DNA from: Spirochaetia bacterium
GTDB taxonomy: Bacteria; Spirochaetota; Spirochaetia; SZUA-6; Bin103
Assembly: GCA_965199955.1 (NCBI GenBank)
Contig: CBDATQ010000003.1
Coordinates: 113,594 to 177,593, forward strand
Length of the DNA stretch: 64,000 nucleotides
Direction of reading: 5' to 3'
Below the pieces are notes generated by a model. The model was not told the DNA's origin and did not search any database. It saw only the letters and a program-made list of their open reading frames with translations. The first letter of the stretch is position 1, and the number at the start of each line of letters is the position of its first letter. Position numbers and translations under genes: made by a program. Below, piece after piece: positions 29,307 to 39,428 of the stretch.

Positions 29307-30380
29307 ATGCTCAAAATCATGGAACACGCATTCTGGTCAGGACGCGGCGATCGTCACCGCCGCCCACGATGGTGCTCGGCCGCGCGCCGTGCGTGCGCGT
29401 GCGTGGTGCTGCTGGCGCTGGCGGCGGCCGGCGCCGCGGGGCAGAACCTGAAGTTCGCCAGCCTGGCGCCGAAGGACACGCTGTGGGACAAGGCGCTGCA
29501 GCAGATCGGCGCCGAGTGGCATCGGCTCTCGGGCGGCGACATCGAGGTGACCGTCTTCCCCGGCGGCGTGGCCGGCGACGAAACCGACATGCTGCGCAAG
29601 ATGCGTACCGGCCAGCTGGACGCCGCCGCGATCTCGGCGATCGGCCTGGCCGGCGTGTACCCCGGCGTGCTGGCGCTCGGCATGCCGTTCCTGTTCGAGA
29701 ACGAGGAGGAGGTGGCGCATGCCACCGAGCGGCTCCGCCCCCTGATCGAGGCGGAGTTCGAGCGGCGCGGCTTCAAGATGCTGATGTGGACGGCAGCCGG
29801 CTGGGTGCACTTCTTCAGCCGCGAGCCCACTCTCACCCCCTCCGACCTGCAGCGGCAGAAGCTCAATGTTCCGGACGCCGATCCGGGCGTGGTGGCGACG
29901 TGGCAGGCCGCCGGCTTCCGGATCGCCGAGGTGCCGGCCACGGAGCTCATGCTGGGCCTGCAGACCGGGCTGGTCGACGCCGTGCTGAACACGCCGTTGA
30001 TCGTCGCGCCCATGCAGTGGTTCGGCGTCGCCAAGCACATGAACGCGCTGGAGATCGCCCCGTTCTACGGCGCGATGCTGATCTCCATGCGCACGTGGAG
30101 GCGGTTTCCCGAGGAGCTTCAGGCGCAGTTCCTTGAGGTCGTGCAGGAAATCGGCACGGAGGCGACCGCGGAAGTGCTCGAAGCCGAGCGCATTGCCGTC
30201 GAGCTCATGCGCCGTTTCGGCCTGACCATCCATCAGCCCACGGCCGAGCAGGCGGCCGAGTGGCGGGTGCTGCAGCAGATCTTCGAGCCGATGGTGGGTC
30301 CGGTCGTGGACGAGCGCGCCTTCGAGGTCGTGGTCGAGGCTCTGGCCGACTACCGCGCCGGCCGCGCCGCTTCACCGTAG
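29307..30380 (+). CDS. dctP: TRAP transporter substrate-binding protein
   Basis: LKFASLAP, FPGGVAGDE.DMLRKMR.GQLD, LQTGLVDA. Start uncertain. Confidence 0.9.
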   Translation: MLKIMEHAFWSGRGDRHRRPRWCSAARRACACVVLLALAAAGAAGQNLKFASLAPKDTLWDKALQQIGAEWHRLSGGDIEVTVFPGGVAGDETDMLRKMRTGQLDAAAISAIGLAGVYPGVLALGMPFLFENEEEVAHATERLRPLIEAEFERRGFKMLMWTAAGWVHFFSREPTLTPSDLQRQKLNVPDADPGVVATWQAAGFRIAEVPATELMLGLQTGLVDAVLNTPLIVAPMQWFGVAKHMNALEIAPFYGAMLISMRTWRRFPEELQAQFLEVVQEIGTEATAEVLEAERIAVELMRRFGLTIHQPTAEQAAEWRVLQQIFEPMVGPVVDERAFEVVVEALADYRAGRAASP

Positions 30381-31382
30381 CGCGGGCCGCGACCGGCGGT
30401 AGGCACGCACCGTCCGCTCGATCCCGGAGCGGTAGCCGGTCGCCGGCGCATAGCCCAGCACGGCCCGCGCGCGGGCGATGGAGAAGTGGTAGTCGTGCGC
30501 GGTCTGGGCCACCCGGTAGACGGTCAGCGGCGGCTCACCGGCCGAGGGAACGGCGCGGTACAGGCACTCGCACAGCCGGGCCGCCGGCAGCGCCACCCGC
30601 GCCGGCACCGGCCAGCGCGGCGGCCTGCGCTCCAGGAGCAGCGCCGCGTGGCAGAGCAGTTGCCGCCAGGTCACGCGTTCGCCCCCGGTCACCAGCAGCA
30701 CCTCGCCGGCCGCCGCTTCGGACTCCAGCGCCAGCTCGAACGCGCGCGCGATGTCGGCCACGTACGCCGGGCAGGTCAGGTGGCGCCCGGCGTCGATGAA
30801 GGCCGGCAACCCGCGCTCGATCGCCCGCAGGATGCGGTAGAAGCTGGTGGTGTCGTCGGGACCGTAGACGTTGCCGAGGCGCAGCACCACGGCGTCGGGC
30901 ATGAGCTCGCGCACGCTCCGCTCGGCGGCCAGCTTGCTCTCCTGGTAGCGGTTGACCGGCGGATAGAACGGACCCTGCTCCGTGGTGTCGCGGTGCGGGC
31001 CGAAGCCGTGCACGGCCGCCGAGCTGGCGTGCACGAACCGGCGGCAGCCGGCAGCCCCGGCCGCCCGGCACAGACGGGCCGTGAGCTCGGCGTTGTGGCG
31101 CCGGAAGTGGTCGGCCGTGCCCCAGTCGGTCACCGCCCCCGCGCAGTGCACGACGGTCGTCGCCCCCTGCAGCGCCGCGCCCGCGCCGGCATCGCCGCTC
31201 AGGTCGTGGCGCTGCAGGCGGACTCCGGCCGCCGCCAGCCGGCGCATCCGCTCTTCGGGACCGCCGCGGAACCAGATGCCGCGTACGCGGCGCCCGGACG
31301 CCGCCAGGTGAATGGCGAGCGCGGAGCCGACGAACCCGGACGCGCCGGTCACGACCGTGTCCACGGCGGGCTCCCGACCCAT
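30372..31382 (-). CDS. NAD-dependent epimerase/dehydratase (3-beta-HSD-like extended SDR)
   Basis: TGASGFVG, HCAG, YQESK, VYGPDD. Confidence 0.9.
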   Translation of the reverse strand: MGREPAVDTVVTGASGFVGSALAIHLAASGRRVRGIWFRGGPEERMRRLAAAGVRLQRHDLSGDAGAGAALQGATTVVHCAGAVTDWGTADHFRRHNAELTARLCRAAGAAGCRRFVHASSAAVHGFGPHRDTTEQGPFYPPVNRYQESKLAAERSVRELMPDAVVLRLGNVYGPDDTTSFYRILRAIERGLPAFIDAGRHLTCPAYVADIARAFELALESEAAAGEVLLVTGGERVTWRQLLCHAALLLERRPPRWPVPARVALPAARLCECLYRAVPSAGEPPLTVYRVAQTAHDYHFSIARARAVLGYAPATGYRSGIERTVRAYRRSRPALR

Positions 31383-31491
31383 GCGTGCAGCGTGTCCGTC
31401 TTGCGCCCGTGGGCGTCAAGGCGGGGCGGTCGTGTACGACCACGCGGCCGACCGTGCGGCGCGCGCGGCGAGCGGCTAACCGGCCCGGCGG

Positions 31492-32205
31492 TCAGCGCGT
31501 CAGCAGGATCGACAGGTCCAGGGCGATGCCGGCGGCCGCGTGGATGAAGAGCCCGGGCAGGATCGAGCCGGTGCGCACCGCCAGCAGCCCCATGGCCAGG
31601 CCGAACGGGAAGGCGGCCGCCAGCTCCATGGGCGGGTGGCCGATGTGCAGCAGCGTGGACGCGAGCGCCTGCGGGGTAGCGGCCAGCAGGACGCCGGACG
31701 CGCCGGCGCCGCGACGCGGCACCAGCGGGAACAACAGCGCGCCGCGGAACGTGAGCTCCCACGGCAGGTAGTAGCAGCACAGGTAGGCCAGCGCGTGCGC
31801 GGCGATGCCGAGCGGCGACCGCGCCAGCTCCAGGATTTCGGGCCGCCCGAACGGGTAGAAGGCGGCGAGCTGCGGGTTCCGGCGCGACAGGAACCCGACC
31901 AGCGCGGCGGCCGCGCAGGCCAGCAGCACCGCGGCGGGGTGGATGCGCGTCGCCCTGCGCACGCCGATCTCGTGCAGGCGTCCGCCGCCCAGGCGCAGCA
32001 CCACGGCCGGCGCCAGCCCGAGCAGCACCAGCGCGGCGGCGAAACGCACGGCGTAGTCCGCGAACGGCGCCGGTTCGCCGCCGGCCAGCAACCGGGCCAG
32101 GGTCGCGGCTCCCGGCGGGGCCGCCGCCAGCGCGAACAGGGTCACCCCCACGGCGGCCGCGAAGAGGACTGCGGCCGACTCCGAGCGCCGCGCCCAGCCG
32201 ATCAC
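31492..32205 (-). CDS. CPBP (CAAX/Abi) family intramembrane metalloprotease
   Basis: WELTFRG, LLHIGHP..E, IH motifs with multiple TM segments. Confidence 0.82.
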   Translation of the reverse strand: MIGWARRSESAAVLFAAAVGVTLFALAAAPPGAATLARLLAGGEPAPFADYAVRFAAALVLLGLAPAVVLRLGGGRLHEIGVRRATRIHPAAVLLACAAAALVGFLSRRNPQLAAFYPFGRPEILELARSPLGIAAHALAYLCCYYLPWELTFRGALLFPLVPRRGAGASGVLLAATPQALASTLLHIGHPPMELAAAFPFGLAMGLLAVRTGSILPGLFIHAAAGIALDLSILLTR

Positions 32206-33356
32206 GGCGCGGCGTCCACGGCGGCGGCCACCGCCGCCGCGACCTGGGCGGCGCCGGTCGGCCGCGGCGCGCGCGCCAGCGCCCGCCGGGCGGACTCCAC
32301 CTCGCCTTCGACCAGGGCGCGCCGGAGCGCCGCCTGAAACGCGCGGGCCGAAGGCGCGTACCAGCCGTAGCCGTTGCGGACGATGAAGCTGCGGCTGTGG
32401 CGCTCGTTGGGAGCGCCGACCTGGGTGATCAGGAACGGCCGCCGCGCGGCGGTCACTTCCAGCGTGAACAGCGTGCCGCACTTGCCGGCGGCCAGGTCCG
32501 CGGCCGCCAGCAGCACCTCCATGTCGTCGCGAAACGGCAGCGGCACGACCCGGTTGCCGGCGAACCGCGCCGCCAGGTGCCGCCGCAGCGCTGCGTTGCG
32601 GCCCGTGGCCACCAGCATCAGCGCGTCCGGCACCGCGCGCGTGCACGCCTGCACGAACCCCTCGGCATCGCCGATGCCGGCCCCGCCCAGGCCGTAGAAC
32701 ACCACCGGCCGCCCCGGCTCCAGGCCCAGCCGCCGTCTGGCTTCCCGGCGGTCCGGCGCGGCCAGGAACCGCCGGTGGGTGATGGGCGCCACGCGTTCGA
32801 TGCGCTCACGCCCCACGCCGGAGTCACGCACCGCGTCGGCGGCAGCCGCACCCATGGCGAAGTAGCGGTCGGCGTGGCAGGCGAGCAGGTGGTGCGGCCC
32901 GCCCAGCTCCGTGAACACGTAGAGCAGCGGCGGCCGGTGCCGGGCCAGCCGCCTGGCGCGGGCGAAAATATGCGCGGTGCCCCAGTGGGTGGCCAGCACC
33001 GCCGCCGGCCGGCGGCCGTCGAGCAGCTCGCGAGCCTGTGGCACCGCCTGCGCGGCCGCCGTGCGGTTGATCATGCGCGTCACCGCCGGCAGCGCCGCCC
33101 CGCCGGCAAAGGCAAGCTGGCCGGCCCGCCGGTGGCGCAGAATCCAGTCCCAGGACGAGACGTAGAAGCGCTCCGTGCGCGGCCCGCCCAGGGCCGCCGC
33201 GTCGACCAGCTCGGCGCCGCGGCCGCGCTCCTCCAGCGCCGCCGCGACCGCGCGCGCCGCCGACAGGTGGCCGGCCCCGGCCGCGAAGTACGGGACGACG
33301 ACCGGTCCGGCCGCGCCGTTCCGGGCAGGCGTCGCCGCCGCGCCCGGCCGCGTCAT
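32202..33356 (-). CDS. MGDG synthase / GT28-like glycosyltransferase
   Basis: GAGHLSAARAV, ATH, GGAGIG, ATGRN, AADL..GKCG, NE. Confidence 0.82.
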   Translation of the reverse strand: MTRPGAAATPARNGAAGPVVVPYFAAGAGHLSAARAVAAALEERGRGAELVDAAALGGPRTERFYVSSWDWILRHRRAGQLAFAGGAALPAVTRMINRTAAAQAVPQARELLDGRRPAAVLATHWGTAHIFARARRLARHRPPLLYVFTELGGPHHLLACHADRYFAMGAAAADAVRDSGVGRERIERVAPITHRRFLAAPDRREARRRLGLEPGRPVVFYGLGGAGIGDAEGFVQACTRAVPDALMLVATGRNAALRRHLAARFAGNRVVPLPFRDDMEVLLAAADLAAGKCGTLFTLEVTAARRPFLITQVGAPNERHSRSFIVRNGYGWYAPSARAFQAALRRALVEGEVESARRALARAPRPTGAAQVAAAVAAAVDAAP

Positions 33357-34438
33357 CGCGCGTCGCCGGCGCCGCGGTAGAGGGCTGCGATGCGATCGCC
33401 GATGTCGTTCCAGTCGAACTGCTGCGCCCGCGCCCGCGCGGCGCGGCCGGCCGCCTGCAGGTCCATGCCGCGGGCGTTCCGCATCGCCTCGGGCAGAGCG
33501 CCGGGCTCGTCCGGCTCGTAGAGGACCCCCATGCTGCCGTCGATCAGGTCCGCCATGCAGCCTCGGCGCGGCAGCACCACGGGCAACCCGAAGCCGAGCG
33601 CCTGGATGGCGCTGCCGGAGGTCATCACCTCCCGGAACGGAAACACGGCCACGTCCGCGGCGTTGAGGTAGTACTGAAACTCCTCCTCCGGGAAGAAGTC
33701 GGAGGTCTCGATCCGAATCGACCGCGCCGCGCGGGCGGCCGCGGCCACCCGTTCCAGAAGCCCCGGCGCCCGCGCGTTGGTCTTCATCATCAGGATCAGC
33801 AGGTCCTCGGGCCGCGCGATCTCCCGGTACGCGTCGACCAGCTCCTCCAGCCCCTTGTATCCGCGCAGGTTGCCGAAGAACACGTACACGAAGCGGCCGT
33901 CCTCGATCCCCAGCCGGGCGCGCGCCGCCGGGCGCGTGACCTCGCCCGGAAACACGTCCATGAAGTGCCCGTGCGGGATCACGTGCACGGATTCCGCTCC
34001 GTAGCGGCGGGTGAGCTGCTCGGCGCCGTAGCGGCAGTGGGCGATCACGACGTCCGCCTCGCGCGCCACCAGCAAGTTGACCAGCCGGTCCAGCTCCGGG
34101 TGCGGACGCTCGTGCGGGAACAGGTTGTGCAGGGTCCAGACGACGCGGTAGCCGATCCGCCTGGCGTGAATGAGCGTCTCGGCGAAGCGCGCGTACTCGC
34201 CCAGTGCCCCTTCCGGGCCGCCCTGCGTGTAGAACCGGTCGAGCCAATTCAGGTGCAGCACCGAGTACTCCGGCCGCGAACGCTCCAGCCAGTCGGCGCC
34301 GAACGCATAGTCGCCGGGTTCCAGGTGGATGTCGTGGCGGCGCAGCGACCGCGCCAGCAGCGCCCCGTACTGATTGGAGCGCCCGCCCAGCCGCAGGTCG
34401 CCGCCGGCTTCCCAGAAGAAGAACGCGCGCATGCTCAT
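33353..34438 (-). CDS. GT4-family glycosyltransferase
   Basis: LHLNW, WTLHNL.PHE, FFGNLRGYKG, AADVAVFPF..TSGS. Confidence 0.88.
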   Translation of the reverse strand: MSMRAFFFWEAGGDLRLGGRSNQYGALLARSLRRHDIHLEPGDYAFGADWLERSRPEYSVLHLNWLDRFYTQGGPEGALGEYARFAETLIHARRIGYRVVWTLHNLFPHERPHPELDRLVNLLVAREADVVIAHCRYGAEQLTRRYGAESVHVIPHGHFMDVFPGEVTRPAARARLGIEDGRFVYVFFGNLRGYKGLEELVDAYREIARPEDLLILMMKTNARAPGLLERVAAAARAARSIRIETSDFFPEEEFQYYLNAADVAVFPFREVMTSGSAIQALGFGLPVVLPRRGCMADLIDGSMGVLYEPDEPGALPEAMRNARGMDLQAAGRAARARAQQFDWNDIGDRIAALYRGAGDAR

Positions 34439-36516
34439 CCGTCCAGGGCTCGCCAGCCGGCCCCGGCCGCGTCCGGAGGCTGCCAGCGGCGTTCGCCGTC
34501 CTCGCGGCCGATGACCAGAGAGGCAGTTGCCTCTTCCCATTCGATCCGCGCGGGCTCCGAGTTCACGCCGCCGGTCTCGATCACGGTGAGGAAGTCGGCG
34601 GCCCGCCCCCGGCGGGTACGCACCAGAACATCGGTGCGCTCGGAGGCGGGGTTGAACGGCGCGTCGCCGACCGCCACCGAGCCGCCCGCCTCACGCGGCA
34701 GGTGGAGGGCGACCCAGCCGCCGGCCGTGTTCCAGAGCGCCGCCGCCCCTCCGGCGGCGACCCCGCTCTCGCGCACGCGGACGTGGGGGAGATCGACGGC
34801 CGGAGCCGCGGCGGCCGCGCCGCGCAGCCAGGCGAGCGCTGCGCGCACGCGGAACAGCCACTGCACCACGTGCTCGCCCGGCGAGCGGACGCCGAACCAA
34901 TCCAGGAAGCAGCGCCCATCCGACGCCACGGTCCGCGTCATGGTGGTCCCCGCGTAGAGCGCCTCCGCCTCATCGCCGGCACCCGCACCGCCGGCGCCGA
35001 ACCGCACCTGCGCCTGCACCTGGTCGGGGCCGCCTGGAGGATGCTCGAAGCCGATCGGCTCGCCGCACGCGGGCGGCTGCGAACGGCGGTCCAGGATCAC
35101 GGTGTTGTGGCTGAACGACTGCCGGTACCAGGAGCGGTGCAGCGGCACCCCGTAGCCGGGCGAGCCCAGGTCGGGCGAGACCGCCTCGCCCGCCGCGTAC
35201 AGGGACAGGGCCAGCTTGTCCGGATGGCCGTGCCCGCCCCCCGGCGGACCGTGCTTGAGCAACACCCACGACTCGGGCGGGCCCGGCGCGTGGCGCTGTC
35301 GCAGCACGCTGAGGCCGATGTCCGGAAGGCTGACGCTGCCGGTTCCGGCCGCGCCGGCGTAACCGGCGCCGGGGCCGGGGCCGGGGCCGGCCGCCTGAAC
35401 CTCCTCCGGGCCGTACAGGAGCGCCTCCATCGAGTCGCGCGGCATCGTCCGGTAATTCTCCACCAACACCGCATGGAATGAGGGATCGCCGAACCAGCCG
35501 GCCGCCACCTCGTACAGGGCGCGCGCGGGCGGCACCCCATGGCAGACGTCGCCGCGCAGCGAGGAGAAGAACCAGCAGTCGTTGGTGGCCGGCAGCCGTC
35601 CGTCTGGCATGCTGATCGCCAGCGGCGCGGCATACATACCCCGGAGCTCCTCCGCCCGCGCGCACTCCGGGCTGGCCGCCGCCACGGCCGCGGCCAGCGT
35701 GGTGAGCGCGTGGGCCGCGTAGAAGTGATAGCTCGACGAGCACTCCCACCAGAGGCCGTCGGCGAGCCCGTCGCGCAGCAGCCTCCAGAAGCCGAAGGCG
35801 CCGTCGATCGCCTCGTCCACCAGGGCGTGGTCGCCGATGGCCGTGCCCACCGCGGCCAGCGCCGCGTGGTGCCAGCACTCGATATTGTGGACTTCGTGAA
35901 ACCGCTGAGCGCGGATGTGACAGGCCGCCGGCTTCAGCAGGCCGCCTTCGATCAGATCCCGGTCGCGCGGGGGCAACCGCTCGCGCAGCAGGTCGTAGGC
36001 GCGCGCCATCGGCACGACGATGTTCGCTTCGTCCAGCGACTGGTACGTGGCCTTGCCGCGGCCGCCGCCGCGCGACGTGTGCGTCCCAAGCGGGTACCCG
36101 CGGTAGCGCCGCGCGTAGCCGGTGAGCACCGCGGAGGCACGGTCGGCGGCGCGCGCGTCGCCGTCCAGCCGCCACAGCAGCGCGGCCTGCAGCGCGCCGT
36201 GGGCGAGCAGGTGATTGGCGCCGAAGCGCCACGCCTCGTCGAACGGCGACCCGCTCCAAACGCGCCCGTCGACCGGGCAGACGTGCGCGTGCGGCTTGCT
36301 CGGATCGAAGCGCAGCTCGGCCGCGTGGTCGGGACAGAAGTAGTTGTGGTAGAGCCCGGCCGGCTCGTCGGGCGGTTCCAGTTCGACGGCGAGCAGGGCG
36401 CCGGCGCGCCGACGCAGACCGTCACGGGCGTCGGCGAACCGTTCCGAACGCCAGCGGGCCGCCGCCCGCTCCAGAAGCCGCTCCGGGATCAGCCGCACGC
36501 CTTTAGCGTACCGCAT
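34435..36516 (-). CDS. Heparinase II/III family polysaccharide lyase (alginate lyase-like N-terminus)
   Basis: QSLDEA, HNIECW, DGLWWE.S.SYH.Y, LPATND, GHGHPDKL, SHNTV. Confidence 0.85.
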   Translation of the reverse strand: MRYAKGVRLIPERLLERAAARWRSERFADARDGLRRRAGALLAVELEPPDEPAGLYHNYFCPDHAAELRFDPSKPHAHVCPVDGRVWSGSPFDEAWRFGANHLLAHGALQAALLWRLDGDARAADRASAVLTGYARRYRGYPLGTHTSRGGGRGKATYQSLDEANIVVPMARAYDLLRERLPPRDRDLIEGGLLKPAACHIRAQRFHEVHNIECWHHAALAAVGTAIGDHALVDEAIDGAFGFWRLLRDGLADGLWWECSSSYHFYAAHALTTLAAAVAAASPECARAEELRGMYAAPLAISMPDGRLPATNDCWFFSSLRGDVCHGVPPARALYEVAAGWFGDPSFHAVLVENYRTMPRDSMEALLYGPEEVQAAGPGPGPGAGYAGAAGTGSVSLPDIGLSVLRQRHAPGPPESWVLLKHGPPGGGHGHPDKLALSLYAAGEAVSPDLGSPGYGVPLHRSWYRQSFSHNTVILDRRSQPPACGEPIGFEHPPGGPDQVQAQVRFGAGGAGAGDEAEALYAGTTMTRTVASDGRCFLDWFGVRSPGEHVVQWLFRVRAALAWLRGAAAAAPAVDLPHVRVRESGVAAGGAAALWNTAGGWVALHLPREAGGSVAVGDAPFNPASERTDVLVRTRRGRAADFLTVIETGGVNSEPARIEWEEATASLVIGREDGERRWQPPDAAGAGWRALDG

Positions 36517-36667
36517 AGGCTCAGCCTCATTCGCCCGCCTGTCCGGCCGAAGGATCCGCCGTCGAACGAACCTATCCGAGGAACGGCTGCCGGACCGCCG
36601 CTGGCTACCGACCACGAACGGCGATACGGCCTCCGAACGACGTCTGAAACAGCTGATCCGCACGGGA

Positions 36668-37720
36668 TCAACCCGGCGACGGTCGGGCGCTGCGGTACCA
36701 GTGCACGCAGGCGCGCAGATGCGCATCCACGTCGCCGTCCGGGCGATAGCCCAGGACGCTCCTGGCGCGGTCGCACCGGTAGTGGAAGTCCTTCGCCGCA
36801 CGGACCACGCGATAGCGGGTGACCAGGGGCGGCCGGCGCAGCCGCGCCAGGCGCCCGAACACCTCGGCCGCCTCCGCCACCGGCCGCGCCACCGCATACG
36901 GCACGCTGCGCGCCCGCAGGCTGACCCCTAGCGCACGGGCGCAGCGGCCGGTGAGCTGCCTCCAGCTCATCGTGACGTCGTCGGTCAGTATGAAGGTGCC
37001 GGGCAGGCGCCGTTCCAGGGCCAGCACCGCCGCCTGCGCCAGGTTGCCGACGTACAACGGCGTCAGCAGCGCGCGCCCGCCGCCGACCAGCGCCCACGTG
37101 CCGGCGTCGATCCGCTCCAGCATGGGCAGCGTCCAGCGGCGGTCGCCGGGCCCGTACACGGCGCTGGGACGCAGAATCGTCAGCCGCACCCCACGGCGGA
37201 CGGCGTGCAGGAGGGCGGAGCGCTCGGCGGCGCGCTTTGACCGCGAGTACGCCGAGGACACCCTCGCGCCGCCACTGTCCTCGTCGAGGTCGCGGCCGTA
37301 GCCGCCGGCGTTGGCGGTCGACACGTGCACGACGTGCCCGGCGCCCGCGCGCGCCGCCGCCTCCACGACGTTGACGGCGCCGGCGACGTTGTCGCGCTCG
37401 AAGTCGGCGCGGGTGCCCCAGTCGACGGCGCGCGCCGCGCAGTGGACGACGGCCCGGCAGCCGGCGAAGGCCGCCGCCAGGCCCGGCACGTCATCCAGCG
37501 CGGCCGGTGCCAGCGCCGCCCCCTGCCCCAGCTCCCGCAGGGCTCGGGTGTCGCTCGTCGCCCGCACCGTGCAGACCACCTCCTCCCCGCCCGCGGCGAG
37601 CGCGGCGGCGCACGCGTGGCCGACGAAACCCGTAGCCCCGGTGACCGCCGTCACGGCTCCCGACCATAGCCCACGGCGGCGGGCGGTGGCGCTGCGCCTC
37701 CCGGAACGATCGGTCCCCAT
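36668..37720 (-). CDS. NAD-dependent epimerase/dehydratase
   Basis: TGATGFVG, HCAA, YSRSK, VYGPGD. Paralog of 30372-31382. Confidence 0.9.
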   Translation of the reverse strand: MGTDRSGRRSATARRRGLWSGAVTAVTGATGFVGHACAAALAAGGEEVVCTVRATSDTRALRELGQGAALAPAALDDVPGLAAAFAGCRAVVHCAARAVDWGTRADFERDNVAGAVNVVEAAARAGAGHVVHVSTANAGGYGRDLDEDSGGARVSSAYSRSKRAAERSALLHAVRRGVRLTILRPSAVYGPGDRRWTLPMLERIDAGTWALVGGGRALLTPLYVGNLAQAAVLALERRLPGTFILTDDVTMSWRQLTGRCARALGVSLRARSVPYAVARPVAEAAEVFGRLARLRRPPLVTRYRVVRAAKDFHYRCDRARSVLGYRPDGDVDAHLRACVHWYRSARPSPG

Positions 37721-37757
37721 TCGTGGCCGACCGCACCGTCAGGTGAGGGAAGTACGC

Positions 37758-37885
37758 ATGAGCGATGTAGACGGGCGCTGGAACCTGGAGATCGAGACGA
37801 TTCGCGGCAAGCGGACGCTGACCTGCACGGTCGACGGCGACACCATCAGCGGCACGATCGACGGCCCCAAGCAGAAACTGGCGAC
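37758..37885 (+). pseudogene. 5' fragment of a small beta-rich hypothetical protein
   Basis: MSDVDGRWNLEIETIRGK...VDGDTISGT after an SD-like GAGGGA; runs directly into the MFS fragment. Confidence 0.45.
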
Positions 37886-38142
37886 GTGCAAGGGCTCGCG
37901 TACGGCATCGGCGAGTCCGCCGAGGGCATGAAGCGCAACGCGACCTCGCTGTTCGTGCTTTTCTACTACAATCAGGTACTGGGTCTGCCGGGCACGCTGG
38001 CGGGCGCGGCGCTGTTCATCGCCCTGCTGGTCGACGGATTCACGGACCCGCTGGTCGGAACGTGGTCCGATCATTGCCGGTCGAAGCTGGGACGGCGCCA
38101 TCCCTTAATGTTCGCGGCCGCGCTGCCGGTGGGGCTGGCCTC
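37886..38142 (+). pseudogene. N-terminal fragment of a GPH/MelB-type (MFS_2) sugar transporter
   Basis: LAYGIG, FYYNQVLGL, DGFTDPLVGTWSD..RSKLGRRHP; similarity ends after about 85 aa. Confidence 0.8.
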
Positions 38143-38617
38143 TGAGCCTCTATCTCCTGGAGTATTTCCTGGGCACTCCACAGCGGACAGATGGTGGTCG
38201 TCCAGACTGGCGACGCTGGTGGGACTGTTCGCCGGCATCGTCGCGCTCCGTTTCGTCCTGTTCGAGTGCTCCGGGATTGCGGCCCGGAAGCGCGACCCTC
38301 CGCCGGCAAGCGGAGATTCAACACCGCTGATCGATTCAGCCACACCTGCTTGCGGTAAGCCAACTGCCTGGGAAACTTCCTTTTTGAAACGCACCGCCGA
38401 CTCGTCTCGTGCCGGGTCGCTGGTCGAATACAACAGTTCCACCACGGGCAGGGAGTAGCTACCCAGCCCCGGAGCGAATAGGTCAGAGCCCCACAACCGC
38501 GAGATCGGTAGGTGCGTTTCGAAATCGGCCCGGCGCCTTCGGTGCCGATGAGCCGACACTACGGGCAGCACCTGCTTGCACTGAAGCTCACCCGCTGTCC
38601 GATTCAGGGAGGCGGGT

Positions 38618-39109
38618 ATGGTCCGCTCATTTATCATCGGGGTTCTACTGGTCGCCGGAGCCGTGGCGACATTCGCAGAAGTGGTAGACGTAGAGGCCTT
38701 CGGACGGTGCGAAGTCGTTACCAAGATAGATGATTTCACCGACGAGGTGGAGCACCATTTACTCATATGTGCCGGTTCCGGGTTAGGCATCAGCGTGGCT
38801 TGCTTTGAACGCATTGGCGGCTATGCAGTGTATTTTGATGTCGATGGCGTATTCCTGGCAGGCGACAGCAAAGTCACCATCAAATACCGATTCGACAAGG
38901 ATGAGCCGTTCGTTGGGGAAGGAATCACCGTCAGTGGGTTCGGCGTGCTTGTTGGTCGGGTCCATTTCGACGAGGTTCTTGATGGAATCGTCGGTGCGGA
39001 ATCTGTTGCTGTCCAGCTTGACGACAAGACCAAACGCCTGCAACTCGGCGATGCAGGAGAAGGTCGCTTGGTATCGGAACTCCGAGCGAGGTGCCCGACA
39101 GAAGGTTAG
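38618..39109 (+). CDS. Hypothetical secreted protein, atypical (lower-GC) codon usage
   Basis: SD GGAGG, signal peptide, DDFTDE and YRFDKDEP motifs. Confidence 0.7.
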   Translation: MVRSFIIGVLLVAGAVATFAEVVDVEAFGRCEVVTKIDDFTDEVEHHLLICAGSGLGISVACFERIGGYAVYFDVDGVFLAGDSKVTIKYRFDKDEPFVGEGITVSGFGVLVGRVHFDEVLDGIVGAESVAVQLDDKTKRLQLGDAGEGRLVSELRARCPTEG

Positions 39110-39128
39110 GTATAGGTAACTTATATTA

Positions 39129-39410
39129 TTCCAGTACGGGCCCTACTTCCGCAACATCCAGCGCGTCCTGTGGGAGGACACCACCGCCAACTACCTGTTC
39201 GACGTGGAGATAAACGAGCGGCTTTGGATGGACGGCCGCGAAGAGGGCTACGTCGCCAACCCGGCGCTGCTCGACGGCGGGTTGCAGATCTTCCTCTACC
39301 ACCTGCTGCGCGCCACCGACATCTTTGCCGCGCCGTGCCGTGGGCGTGACGTTCCTGCGCCCGCCGACCGGACCGCGGCTGACCTGCTACGTGAAGAAGG
39401 ATCCTGACTC
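39129..39410 (+). pseudogene. Isolated fragment of a type I PKS dehydratase domain
   Basis: FQYGPYFRNIQRV...NPALLDGGLQ matches the DH YGPxF and (H)PALLD motifs. No proper start; frameshift near 39330. Confidence 0.7.
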
Positions 39411-39428
39411 GGCCGACGGAGGCATGCC

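Noticed and set aside
35368..35390. ggggcc short tandem repeat
   Set aside because: Encodes a GPGPGPG linker in the lyase; an in-frame hexamer, so no phase-variation effect.
38071..38814. 247-aa minus-strand ORF in the scar region
   Set aside because: Overlaps the better-supported 38618-39109 gene and the MFS fragment; no recognisable motifs.
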